In this document: positions 30,182-39,900 of the stretch, one piece after another | Layout: each line of letters opens with the position of its first letter | How positions within the stretch are numbered: position 1 is the stretch's first letter | From: Gillisia sp. | Lineage (GTDB): Bacteria; Bacteroidota; Bacteroidia; Flavobacteriales; Flavobacteriaceae | Direction of reading: 5' to 3' | Length of the DNA: 64,000 bases | Assembly (NCBI GenBank): GCA_024635655.1 | Contig: JAGXIL010000034.1 | Location: forward strand, 20,882-84,881 | The notes under the pieces: generated by a model | Database searches by the model: none | What the model was told of the DNA's origin: nothing | Seen by the model: only the letters and a program-made list of their open reading frames with translations | Made by a program: the position numbers and the translations under genes

Positions 30182-30209
30182 TTGTCCTATAATTTATATT
30201 ATGTAAAAT
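30182..30209. other. Probable chromosomal dif (XerCD) site
   Basis: TTGTCCTATAA-TTTATA-TTATGTAAAAT in 11-6-11 format, close to B. subtilis dif ACTTCCTAGAA-TATATA-TTATGTAAACT and the E. coli XerD arm TTATGTTAAAT; lies in a 1-kb intergenic gap. Confidence 0.75.
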
Positions 30210-30348
30210 AGAATATATAGGATAAGTATTACCTCATGCAAAACCCTTTGATTAGTTGATTAAGCGCGCCCACTTTTTTTAAAGCCACTTCCACTTCCTG
30301 TATATATTAATAATCTTTATTACTTAATTGGATACGCAAAAAGTTTAT

Positions 30349-30927
30349 TTAATTCTGCCTGTCTAATAACAGGTCTACCTGTCTTTTGTGTTTTTCTGGT
30401 AATACCCGGAAAGTTCCCCTATAGGAAATTGCATCTCTTTGGGAGGTGGTAACTGAAGTATTGGCGCCCCCATCCGGGTAAAGTATAATTAAGAATCTTA
30501 AATTCTCGCTCCTTTGCTGTCCGCTAAATCTTACCATTATATTCTTTTCATTCTCATCTTCAGTAATCGTCAATTCCTTTGGTTCCCCTTCATATAAAAT
30601 TCCACCACTCCTGTTTCCATATCCTCCGCCTGATCTTCTTTCCCCAAAATAGGGTAAAAATATGTTGACACTGTCTTTTGTGAATCTAATAAAATTAGGA
30701 TTTCCTATTAAATTGATCATACTTCCTCCTAAAGGGTTTAACCATTGATTCTCAATTTCAAAACCTTCATTATGCACGGTATTCCTTAACTGTTCAAAAT
30801 CTTTTGAATTATTTACGTTTTTTGACCCTCCACAGGCAGTGAACAAAATAACCAGGATCATAAGTGAAAATTGAGGAAAACTTCTAAATTGAATTCTGCA
30901 AATATTATTTTTTGAATAAGCTTTCAT
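30349..30927 (-). CDS. DUF4251 family lipoprotein
   Basis: Lipobox FTAC, LPYFG, GGGYG, ISYRG. Confidence 0.8.
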   Translation of the reverse strand: MKAYSKNNICRIQFRSFPQFSLMILVILFTACGGSKNVNNSKDFEQLRNTVHNEGFEIENQWLNPLGGSMINLIGNPNFIRFTKDSVNIFLPYFGERRSGGGYGNRSGGILYEGEPKELTITEDENEKNIMVRFSGQQRSENLRFLIILYPDGGANTSVTTSQRDAISYRGTFRVLPEKHKRQVDLLLDRQN

Positions 30928-31271
30928 ACTTAATACTTTTATTTAAAGGTTAACCAAAATATTATGCCGCTCATTTATAGTTCCGAAAAATTTAATTTAC
31001 GATATTCCCCATAGATGAAAATTTTCCATAGGAAATTTTAACCTTTATTTTAACCTAAAACTCATTGGATTCAGCTTTTAAAGCATAAGAAAAAAGAAAA
31101 AATTACAGGGCTTAGATTCTTTCAATTAGTTGAAATTACACGCCCGTTTGTTATGGTTAAAATAATAAATTTTGATCTGCCAGAACAATCATAAATCTTC
31201 CCTAATAATTACAAATTTATTTGCCCCTTTAGCTGAATTTTATTTCCTTGGGGATAATTAAAAATTATACT

Positions 31272-31571
31272 ATGGATACGAGATTTCAATACGTAAAACT
31301 TGATAGAAGTGAAAACCTGGAAGAATTTACCCGGAAAAAACTGGAAAAACTGGAAACCAAATATGACTGGCTTATTAGCGCTGAAGTTCATTTTAAAAAG
31401 CATGAGCCGGAAGAACCAAAAGGATACATCTGCAATATAAGTTTAAGTGGGCCGGGACCAATAGTCTTTGCTGAATCAAATGAAGAATCTTATGAAGCTG
31501 CAGCTGTAGAAACTATAAAAGATCTGGACAGACAATTATCAAAAAGAAAAAGTCAAATGAAATCTTATTGA
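31272..31571 (+). CDS. hpf: HPF/RaiA ribosome hibernation factor (short form)
   Basis: KKLEKL...AEVHF...GPIVFAES..ESYEAA...LDRQLSKRK; ATG 31272. Confidence 0.8.
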   Translation: MDTRFQYVKLDRSENLEEFTRKKLEKLETKYDWLISAEVHFKKHEPEEPKGYICNISLSGPGPIVFAESNEESYEAAAVETIKDLDRQLSKRKSQMKSY

Positions 31572-31591
31572 TTTTTTTTTGATTTGTAAAG

Positions 31592-31623
31592 AAGCCCCTT
31601 TTGTTTTGCAAAAGGGGCTTTTT
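31592..31623. terminator. Bidirectional terminator
   Basis: AAGCCCCTTTTG-N5-CAAAAGGGGCTT followed by TTT. Confidence 0.8.
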
Positions 31624-31652
31624 AGTTTCAAAGACTTATCTCTTTATAATAA

Positions 31653-33686
31653 TTATTTTATCTGATTCTGCTTATTTCCCGTGACTGTATTTTTTTCTAC
31701 GGCATTAACTTCCTCATTGGTTATTTGGGCTTTGAATTCATTAATGATGCCTCCTTTAATTAAGATCTGGATCTGCCGGTCACTCATAGAGTGGCTGGTG
31801 TCAAATTCAATTTCTTGTCCACTCCCCTGCTTTTGAACTTTAACCCTAACCGGATTTCTCTGCGCAATATCAGTTCTGAGATTAGTGAATTTAATAATAT
31901 CTCCCTGCTCAATTTTATTGTAATCCTCCTTATTTATAAATTCCAGAGGTACAATTCCGAAATTAACCAGATTTTGCCATGCAATTCGTGCATAGGAATG
32001 GGCGATAACAGCAACCTGTCCAAGAAATTTAGGTGCAAGTGCAGCATGCTCCCGGCTTGATCCCTGGGCATAATTATCTTTTGCCACAACAATATGTCCT
32101 CCAAAATCCTCTTTAGCCTGCATGGCCCGGTCATAAAAAGTAGGGTCTATGACAGAGTATGAGAATTTACTGATTTCCGGTAAATTACTTCTGAAGGGAA
32201 GCACCTCTGCTCCTGCTCTTAAAATTTCGTCTGTTGAAATATTGTCTCCCATTTTCAATAATACAGGAACTCTATATGAATCCTGTAATTGCTCTATGGT
32301 AGGCAATGTCTTAATATTTGGTCCACGTTTTAATTCAACCTGCGATCCATCTTCTGGAGGTGCCACCAGCATCATACTATTAATAAGTTCTTTCTCTGGA
32401 TATTCATACCGCGGATATTTCATTCCGTAGAGTTTCTCAAGATCACGCGGATCGGTAATTTTACCTGTCAATGCTGAAGCGGCTGCAGTTTCAGGACTGC
32501 ACAAATACACCTGGTCATCTTCCGTTCCCGATCTGCTGGGAAAATTTCGTGGCATTGTTCTAAGGCTAATGGTATTTGAAGCCGGGGCTTGTCCCATTCC
32601 TATACATCCCATACATCCAGACTGGTGAAATCTGGCACCGGAAGCGATTAGTTTTTCAAAGCCTTTATTCGCTATTAAATTTTGAATAACCTGCCGGGAT
32701 GTAGGATTAACATCAAAAGAGACATTTTCTCCCACAGTGTGGCCATCAACAATGGCACCTACTACCCAAAAATCCCTGACTCCGGGATTGGCAGAAGAAC
32801 CTATAACCACCTGCCCTATTTCAAGTCCCGCCACTTCACTTACCGGTACAACATTTCCCGGGCTTGTAGGTTTGGCTATTAAAGGGACAAGATCGTCAAG
32901 TATAATTTCCTCGTGGAGGTCATATGAACACCCTTCATCGGCAACAAGTTCGCTCCAGTCTTCTTCCCGGTGTTGGGAGATCAAAAATCTTTTTGTTTCT
33001 TCATCACTGGGAAAAACTGTAGTAGTAGCACCTAACTCAGCTCCCATGTTTGCTATAACGTGGCGGTCCATTGAACTTAATTCCTTTAATCCATCGCCAT
33101 AATATTCAATAATTTTTCCAACTCCCCCTTTTACATCGTAACGGCGAAGCATCTCCAGGATCACATCTTTAGCACTAACCCAGTCCGGCATTTTTCCGGT
33201 GAGTTTGACTCCCATAACCTGAGGCATTTTCACGTAATATGGTTGGCCCGCAATGGCGGCAGCAACATCCAAACCTCCTGTTCCTATGGCGAGCATTCCT
33301 AAAGAACCTGCAGAAGGCGTATGACTGTCTGATCCTACCATGGTTTTGCCAGGTTTTCCAAATCTTTCCATATGTACAGGATGACTTACTCCATTACCCG
33401 GCCTACTGTACCATAAGCCAAATTTTTGAGAAGCTGAAAGGAGAAACGAATGGTCATCTGCATTTTTGAAGTCCGTTTGTAACAGGTTATGATCAACATA
33501 TTGAACTGCAACTTCAGTTTGCGCCTTTTTAAGGTCCATGGCCTCAAGCTCCAGCTGAACCAAAGTTCCCGTAGCATCCTGTAACAACGCCTGATCTATT
33601 TTTATACCTATCTCTTTTCCGGGTTCCATTTTTCCTTCAAGTAAATGGCTTTTAATCAATTTTTGGGTTACGTTAAGTGCAGACAT
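31653..33686 (-). CDS. Aconitate hydratase (short ~680-aa type)
   Basis: QDATG, YVDHN, GSDSHT, GCMGCIG, RNFPSR, ISTDEI, GSSREHAA. Confidence 0.9.
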   Translation of the reverse strand: MSALNVTQKLIKSHLLEGKMEPGKEIGIKIDQALLQDATGTLVQLELEAMDLKKAQTEVAVQYVDHNLLQTDFKNADDHSFLLSASQKFGLWYSRPGNGVSHPVHMERFGKPGKTMVGSDSHTPSAGSLGMLAIGTGGLDVAAAIAGQPYYVKMPQVMGVKLTGKMPDWVSAKDVILEMLRRYDVKGGVGKIIEYYGDGLKELSSMDRHVIANMGAELGATTTVFPSDEETKRFLISQHREEDWSELVADEGCSYDLHEEIILDDLVPLIAKPTSPGNVVPVSEVAGLEIGQVVIGSSANPGVRDFWVVGAIVDGHTVGENVSFDVNPTSRQVIQNLIANKGFEKLIASGARFHQSGCMGCIGMGQAPASNTISLRTMPRNFPSRSGTEDDQVYLCSPETAAASALTGKITDPRDLEKLYGMKYPRYEYPEKELINSMMLVAPPEDGSQVELKRGPNIKTLPTIEQLQDSYRVPVLLKMGDNISTDEILRAGAEVLPFRSNLPEISKFSYSVIDPTFYDRAMQAKEDFGGHIVVAKDNYAQGSSREHAALAPKFLGQVAVIAHSYARIAWQNLVNFGIVPLEFINKEDYNKIEQGDIIKFTNLRTDIAQRNPVRVKVQKQGSGQEIEFDTSHSMSDRQIQILIKGGIINEFKAQITNEEVNAVEKNTVTGNKQNQIK

Positions 33687-33805
33687 ATATTCAATTTTAT
33701 TTGTTCCTTTAAAATATTCATTTTGAGTGGATCTTACAGGGGGTTTAACAATATCTTATAGCTTTACAAAATCATATTTTTTATTTTAGAAATGGAAAAA
33801 GAAAC

Positions 33806-34396
33806 ATGAAGATAGCAAAAACTACAATTGTAAAACGGGCAATTATTGGAGGAATAGTCTCTACCTTTTTTATGGGGGCGGGTATGATCATATTTGGAGA
33901 GGTCTCTGGTTATGAAGCCAGGATCTTATTGCAATCTTCACTCAATGGTATTAATATGATCTGTAATACAGTGATTCTTGGGGCTTCTACTATTTTGGCA
34001 TTGATGCTCACCTTGTTAAGCTTAAGCAGAGCTGCGGAATCCAGCCTCACTAAGACTCATTATAGAAATGTGCTTCTCATTGCTAAGTTTGATACTATCT
34101 TAATAATAGTGGCAGTAATTGCCTTTTTACTCCTCAATCTTCCTATTACTGAAACTGAAGATGTTTCCAACTCCTGGTACAAGGTGGCTTATTATATTAG
34201 TTTAGCCCTGGCATCTATTCTTGGAGGAGGTTTTATTGCTGTGGTAACTATGCTTTATGGAACTATAGCTAATGTGATCTTAATTGTGGGGTTAGGAGTT
34301 ACAGATCATCCCTTAGTAGAAAATAATCACGCGAAGAAGGAAAAAGAGAAAGATAAAGATAAAGAGAAAGAAAAATCAGACCAGATTCGAAATTAA
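33806..34396 (+). CDS. Hypothetical 4-TM membrane protein
   Basis: Four hydrophobic segments, TILALMLTLLSLS, charged K/E/D tail. Confidence 0.75.
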   Translation: MKIAKTTIVKRAIIGGIVSTFFMGAGMIIFGEVSGYEARILLQSSLNGINMICNTVILGASTILALMLTLLSLSRAAESSLTKTHYRNVLLIAKFDTILIIVAVIAFLLLNLPITETEDVSNSWYKVAYYISLALASILGGGFIAVVTMLYGTIANVILIVGLGVTDHPLVENNHAKKEKEKDKDKEKEKSDQIRN

Positions 34397-34546
34397 ATTA
34401 TGGGAAATTAAAATGAGACTATCTGAAAAACACCTTACTTGACGCCAAGCCGAATTTTATTCCTGTTTTCCCAGGGGATACGGTGATACAAAATTGTGAA
34501 TGCCGCGAAAATGCTTTAGAAATAGTCTCTTTTTATATTTTAATAT

Positions 34547-35269
34547 TTATTCCTGAACCTTGCTAAGTTTACTAAGAATGTCGGTTTGCTGACCCTCATC
34601 CAGGTTAAACCCTGGTTTTCCACATAATGGGAACAGGTATGTAAAAGGTAAAACATAAGCTCCCCAACTTTCAGCCAATCCAAATTCATCATTCTGGCTA
34701 TCAAGTTTTTGGCGGGTGAATGTATTCAAGTCGCTGTCATAAGGAGAACCTTCAGCATCAGCTCCCGTAAATAACATGCCATCATTTATATCAGAATAAA
34801 TCAGAACAGAACCTCCTCCATTTCCGGGAAGGTCGGTTATTGTGAGGCCAAAGCTTTTAACGACTTCGTTTCTACCTGTAATGTCTTTAACCGTGTCTCC
34901 ATTTTTGACAGTTATTCTGGGGTGCATAAAAACAGGTGCCCCGCCTGCGTCTTCAGATAAAGTTTTAAGATCGGCATAAGCCGTTTTATATACAAGGCTA
35001 TTAGATATTAGGATACCCTTAATGTTGTATCCGTCGGTGATTAATTTTTTCACAGCTTCTTTAGTAGACTTTTCAACGACATCTATAAGAACGATATCTT
35101 TCCTGTTCAAATGTCTTATAGCGTATCCCTGGTGAAATCCAATTTCTCTTTCAGCTCCTTTAATAATAAATGTGTCGGGAATAAGTTTTAGGAATTTTCC
35201 AGTTTCTCCTTGTTCAATAAATTCTGCACTCTGGCTTTGCAAAATCTGCATTTTATCAACGGTCTTCAT
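34547..35269 (-). CDS. Degenerate metallo-beta-lactamase-fold protein
   Basis: VLIDV, ILISNS (no HxHxDH), APVFMHP, LPGNGGGS, MLFTGAD match MBL motif spacing. Confidence 0.6.
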   Translation of the reverse strand: MKTVDKMQILQSQSAEFIEQGETGKFLKLIPDTFIIKGAEREIGFHQGYAIRHLNRKDIVLIDVVEKSTKEAVKKLITDGYNIKGILISNSLVYKTAYADLKTLSEDAGGAPVFMHPRITVKNGDTVKDITGRNEVVKSFGLTITDLPGNGGGSVLIYSDINDGMLFTGADAEGSPYDSDLNTFTRQKLDSQNDEFGLAESWGAYVLPFTYLFPLCGKPGFNLDEGQQTDILSKLSKVQE

Positions 35270-35352
35270 ATAGCAATGGGTTTAAATTAGAGCTAGTAAT
35301 TTACAAACGCAGCAGATGTTTGCAAGAGCATTTAATAGAGTTTAACCGTAAT

Positions 35353-35931
35353 TTAATAGTTCATTAACGGGAGTGTAAAACCTGAAAAATTTCCATGGTG
35401 AGACAAAGAAAAAGCCTGTTCTATTCGCCGTCCCTTTACATGAATGTAAGGTACCTGATTTTGGTTTTTTTGTATGCTTAAGTATCGTTTGGGGACCTTA
35501 GATAAACTGGAAAATGCGAGTAGAAATTCTTCTTTCAAATTTACCGGTCCAATAAAAATATCTGATATCAGATCTTCTTGCTGAAGTGGGGTTGCGAAGG
35601 CGTGTATGTATTCTTTTGTTATCGATACAACAGAATGATACTCTAATTCTTCAACAGTTACAATTCCTTTTACTAAAGTTGATGATTGATCTACAAAGAT
35701 ACATTCCAGTTTTCTGGGATTGAAATTCCGTTGAAGATCCAGGCGGCGCTGATTGGCTTTATAAGCTGCTTCTTTCATGGCCCACAGGATCCAAACCTGC
35801 ATTACTGCTTTCTCTGAGTTTTTAAGGATTATTTGTTCCTTTTCAGTAAAGATCCTGGATATGTAATTTTTTCGGGTTGGGTCACTCTGCGAAGCCGCTG
35901 CTTTAAGGTCAATAATATCATTACCTATCAC
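35353..35931 (-). CDS. 4'-phosphopantetheinyl transferase (AcpS-like)
   Basis: MIGNDIIDL, WAMKEAAYKA, FSLSH. Confidence 0.9.
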   Translation of the reverse strand: MIGNDIIDLKAAASQSDPTRKNYISRIFTEKEQIILKNSEKAVMQVWILWAMKEAAYKANQRRLDLQRNFNPRKLECIFVDQSSTLVKGIVTVEELEYHSVVSITKEYIHAFATPLQQEDLISDIFIGPVNLKEEFLLAFSSLSKVPKRYLSIQKNQNQVPYIHVKGRRIEQAFSLSHHGNFSGFTLPLMNY

Positions 35932-36182
35932 GACTCAGCACGTTTGCTTTTGATAATATTTATGGCATCCTCTACTTTCAGCATGCCATCCATAGAATCA
36001 TTATCGATTTCAATATTAAATTCATCCTCTACATCTAAAACTACATCTACCAGGTTTGCCGAGTTGATCTGGAGGTCTTTTATGAAGTCGGTACTTTGAT
36101 TAAAACCCTCCAATCCGGATTTTTCCTGAGTATAAGGAGTAACTATTTTTTTCAATCTCTCTAAAATTTCCTTGTCCTGCAT
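35928..36182 (-). CDS. Acyl carrier protein
   Basis: Acidic 84 aa, DLQINSANLVDVVLDVEDEFNIEI. Confidence 0.9.
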   Translation of the reverse strand: MQDKEILERLKKIVTPYTQEKSGLEGFNQSTDFIKDLQINSANLVDVVLDVEDEFNIEIDNDSMDGMLKVEDAINIIKSKRAES

Positions 36183-36359
36183 TTCCTGGTGTTAAAGGTG
36201 TGATTACATAGAACCTACACCTGTAGTAGATAGTAAAAATATCAATTTAAGAACAAAAAACTGGTAGTTTCCCCTATAAAAATTATATAAAATTAAACTG
36301 ACATTAGAGTGTGTTAAATCCCCAAAAATTAAGTTTTTAATGAAAATTATACAAAAAGA

Positions 36360-37088
36360 TTGGAAACTATCGAATTATTTAACGGAAAAAATATCTTAAA
36401 GCTTTTAAGGAAGCAAGCGTTTAGTAACCGCATTTTATTGGGGGGATTGTTCGCCATATCCTTTTTGTTGATGTGTATTTTGGTTCTGGTTTCTTACTTT
36501 ACCGGAATATCTGTAAGTTCTTTTACAAGAGATCCGCTGGCTCTTGCTGATATTCCTTTTTATAGCGGCTATTTTTCCCAGTTAGGAAATATTATCTGGT
36601 TCTTTGCAGCGGGAATTACTTTCTTCACCTACCGGATCTCCCATAAGAAGTTTAAAAAATTCCTCCTTTTTTCTACCGTGTTTTCCGTATTGCTGGGGAT
36701 AGATGATTTTTTTCTTATTCATGACGGCTTCTTTCCTGCGATTGGTTTAAATGAAAACTGGATGTATATTATATATGCTGTGTTTACAGCTTATTACTTT
36801 ATCGCCTTTAATGTTACAATTTTAATAACTCCTTTTGTTTTTTTAGTATTGGACTTTGGTTTTTTTGCCATTTCTATTCTCAATGATCTTATAAAAATTC
36901 CCGGATTGAATCCATTTATATTGGAAGATGGTTCTAAAATGGCCGGGATATTATCCTGGGGAGTATATTTCTACAAAAGTTCTATATTAATAATTGAAAA
37001 GACCAGGCTCAAGCAGGAAATGCAATTTTATACTAAAAAATTAGAATCGGTGGAAATAAGCAACCTCAAAAAAGTTGCAGGGGAATAA
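36360..37088 (+). CDS. Hypothetical polytopic membrane protein
   Basis: About 7 TM segments, GYFSQLG, LGIDDFFLIHD, LEDGSK; TTG start uncertain. Confidence 0.75.
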   Translation: METIELFNGKNILKLLRKQAFSNRILLGGLFAISFLLMCILVLVSYFTGISVSSFTRDPLALADIPFYSGYFSQLGNIIWFFAAGITFFTYRISHKKFKKFLLFSTVFSVLLGIDDFFLIHDGFFPAIGLNENWMYIIYAVFTAYYFIAFNVTILITPFVFLVLDFGFFAISILNDLIKIPGLNPFILEDGSKMAGILSWGVYFYKSSILIIEKTRLKQEMQFYTKKLESVEISNLKKVAGE

Positions 37089-37219
37089 GGTCTTATGGAG
37101 CATAAAATTATCTATATCGGAAATTGAAGATTGCAATTCAGGGTATCCTGCTAATGTTACGCCGATTACCTTCTTGTCTCAATATGCTTCTTCCAATTCT
37201 TCAATAATTTTTCTTGATT

Positions 37220-38488
37220 TTATGCATTTTTAAATATCACAACCGCATTCACATCTCCAAATCCAAAACTTGCCTTTGCCAATATATTTACCGGATGTTC
37301 AATAGTTTTAATGGGAACCGATCTTGGGGTGATCAAATTTGTTATATCCTGATGAAGATCTTCACAATTTACGTTACCAAATACAAATCCTTGATGCAGC
37401 TGAAGCACGCTTGCAACACATTCAATACTTCCGGAGGCACTTAGGCAGTGCCCGGTCATGCCTTTAAGCGAATTTATGTAAGGGAAGTTCTCCTTTTCTC
37501 TTCCCAAGGCTTTTACCCAACTCTCTATTTCTACTGCATCCCTTGTTGTTGCTGTTAAGTGGCCGTTGATGACATCAATTTCCGCAGAAGATATTTTAGC
37601 GTTTATAACAGCATTTTTAATACATTTTTGAACAGCTTCATCATTGGCTGCAGTCATACTACCTCCGCCTCTTTGTCCGCCACTGTTTATCTCGCCTCCC
37701 AGCACTTCTGCATAGATCCTGGCTCCTCGGGAAACGGCACTTTCATAGTCTTCGAGCAGCAAAGCGCCCGCCCCGCTTCCCGGCACAAATCCCGCTGCAG
37801 TAGCACTCATGGGCCTGGATGCCAATTTAGGTTTGTCATTGTAATTTCCGGGCAATATTCTCATGGCGTCAAATCCGCCCCATACATACGGTCCATGGTC
37901 TCCGCAACTTCCTACCAGCATACGTTTAGCTTTTCCTGCCTGTATGCGTTCAAATCCCATGATAACAGCCTCTGTCCCGGTGGTACAGGCAGAAGAATTT
38001 GTAGTAACTAAATTTCCACATCCCAGGATGCCCCCCAGGTATGCGCTAATTCCGCTTGCCATAGTTTGAATTACACTGGTACTTCCCAGGCGCCGGGTTT
38101 TTCCTGCATCTATTAAGTGAATGGCTTCCCTGAACTTGTCTACACCGAGTATTCCGGTGCCGAAAATTATTCCTGTATCCCAATCCGGCGCTTCGGCGGG
38201 TGCTTTTTCCAATCCGGCATCATTCCATGCTTCTGTTCCTGCTGAAACCCCATAAATTATCCCGCTACTTAAGAGTCCCCGTTGTTGAAGGGGAGTAAAA
38301 TAATCATCAAGAATATCCTGAGAGATCCCCGGCTTCCCTCCTACCTGGCAGCTGAAATTTAATTTTCTGAGCTCCTCAAAAAAACTGATCCCGCTTTTTC
38401 CAATCCTGATAGCCATCTCAAATTCCTGCAATCCTACAGCGTTTGGAGCTGCAACACCCATTCCTGTTATTACTACGCGGTTACTCAT
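37220..38488 (-). CDS. Beta-ketoacyl-ACP synthase (FabF/FabB-like)
   Basis: RVVITGMG, SSACTTG (Cys), INGHLTAT and MTGHCL (His, His), SFGFG. Confidence 0.92.
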   Translation of the reverse strand: MSNRVVITGMGVAAPNAVGLQEFEMAIRIGKSGISFFEELRKLNFSCQVGGKPGISQDILDDYFTPLQQRGLLSSGIIYGVSAGTEAWNDAGLEKAPAEAPDWDTGIIFGTGILGVDKFREAIHLIDAGKTRRLGSTSVIQTMASGISAYLGGILGCGNLVTTNSSACTTGTEAVIMGFERIQAGKAKRMLVGSCGDHGPYVWGGFDAMRILPGNYNDKPKLASRPMSATAAGFVPGSGAGALLLEDYESAVSRGARIYAEVLGGEINSGGQRGGGSMTAANDEAVQKCIKNAVINAKISSAEIDVINGHLTATTRDAVEIESWVKALGREKENFPYINSLKGMTGHCLSASGSIECVASVLQLHQGFVFGNVNCEDLHQDITNLITPRSVPIKTIEHPVNILAKASFGFGDVNAVVIFKNA

Positions 38489-38536
38489 ATAATTTAAAGC
38501 AAATTTTGAATGTAATTGATAAAGGGGTTTTGAATT

Positions 38537-38992
38537 TTAAACCTCTGTATCTTTTAAAAACACCATTCCGGCGATCTTTCCTCTACAAACCAGCTTCCCT
38601 TCAGCGTTATACATTTCAGTGCTGCATTTCAGTTTATTGAATCTAAAATATTCTTTTTTGGAAACTACCTTTACCTTTTCCCCTGGATATACAGGAAGAA
38701 AGAAATCTACCTCGGTAGAGCTCAAAGCGATCTGAAAACGCGCTGCCTCTTCTGTGGTCTGTTGAGTCAAAAGGTGCAAGCCCAGGCAAACCACCCCTAT
38801 CTGTGCCATACATTCAGTTAATATTACCCCGGGCGTTACCGGATTCTCTTTAAAGTGCCCCTTGTAAAAAAAAGCATCTTCAGGAAATCTATAAAATCCT
38901 GTTGCACCTTCAGGATTAACCTCGGTCAATTCATCTACAAATAAAAAAGGTTGTGAATATGGTAAGCGGGAAAGGATATGTTCGTGATTCAC
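38537..38992 (-). CDS. 3-hydroxyacyl-ACP dehydratase (FabZ-like)
   Basis: LPYSQPFLFVD, GHFKENPVTPGVILTECMAQ. Confidence 0.9.
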   Translation of the reverse strand: MNHEHILSRLPYSQPFLFVDELTEVNPEGATGFYRFPEDAFFYKGHFKENPVTPGVILTECMAQIGVVCLGLHLLTQQTTEEAARFQIALSSTEVDFFLPVYPGEKVKVVSKKEYFRFNKLKCSTEMYNAEGKLVCRGKIAGMVFLKDTEV

Positions 38993-39105
38993 TGGTACTA
39001 ATTATTGTGTAAAAGTTGGTTCTCTTCCTGATTTCTATACTGTTCACATAAAACTTTAAAGGGTCCACCTATATAGAGAACTATATAATTTCAAGCTTGT
39101 TGATT

Positions 39106-39900
39106 TCATTTCAAGTGTTCTCCCCCGTTAACAGGAATAATGCTTCCGGTGATCCAGCTGGCCTCGTCCTTACATAGAAGATAAACCACATTGGCAACAT
39201 CATTTGGGACTGTAAGTCGTTTAAAAGGATTTCTTTTGGTAGCATGAACCCGTAAAGTCTCACTATCAGGGATCATTTGAAAAGATCGGGTAACTGTAAC
39301 CCCGGCCTGAATACAATTTGCCCGTATCCCATAGGGTGCATATTCCAGCGCCATACTTCGGGTAATGGATTCCAATGCCACTTTTGCTACTGAAACTGCA
39401 GCATAATTAGCCCAGGCTTTTTGATTCCCTTCACTGGTAAAGGAGATTACCCTTGCATCTTTTGCAAAAAATCCTGCCCTGAAAATATCCTGGGTCCAGT
39501 CGTACAAACTAAGAGCCATTGCATCAAGAGTAAGCTGAAAATCGATATTTTCTAATACAGGATTTTCCCCGGTCATTGGTTTTAAATTTCCTTTGGCAAT
39601 ACTGTGGACCAACGTTCTAATTTTTCCTTTTCCGGCAAGGATCTTTTCGATCTCCCCAATAAGGCCAGCCCTTTTTTCTTTTTGAACAGCATCAATGTTG
39701 AAGCTTTCCAGGCGCACATCTGAATTGCGAATTTCTTCAAATGCTTCTTCTATTGCAGGAATTTCTGCTTTGCGGTCTCTGTGAATAATAATGATATTCA
39801 TTCCATGCCTTGCCAGCTTTCTTGCTGTGGCCAATCCAAGCCCACTGCTTCCTCCCAGGATGAGTGCCCAATAATTTAGATCTTTAAATTCTGTTACCAT
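39106..39900 (-). CDS. Enoyl-ACP reductase-like SDR (FabI/FabL type)
   Basis: GGSSGLG and YxxxxxxK (YAAVSVAK) spacing typical of enoyl reductases. Confidence 0.82.
   Translation of the reverse strand: MVTEFKDLNYWALILGGSSGLGLATARKLARHGMNIIIIHRDRKAEIPAIEEAFEEIRNSDVRLESFNIDAVQKEKRAGLIGEIEKILAGKGKIRTLVHSIAKGNLKPMTGENPVLENIDFQLTLDAMALSLYDWTQDIFRAGFFAKDARVISFTSEGNQKAWANYAAVSVAKVALESITRSMALEYAPYGIRANCIQAGVTVTRSFQMIPDSETLRVHATKRNPFKRLTVPNDVANVVYLLCKDEASWITGSIIPVNGGEHLK

Larger units (their letters stand above)
25466..30209. mobile_element. Candidate Xer/dif-bounded genomic islet (amidohydrolase + LytS/LytTR)
   Basis: Bounded by dif and a dif-like copy; self-contained cargo with long AT-rich non-coding flanks; no integrase. 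Confidence 0.3.

Noticed and set aside
30303-30330. Another 11-6-11 TAA/TTA arrangement near dif
   Set aside because: Arms match dif poorly (about 6/11); expected by chance at this AT content.
34336-34375. AAAGAG/AAAGAT hexamer run
   Set aside because: Simply encodes a low-complexity KEKDKD tail; in frame, with no sign of phase variation.
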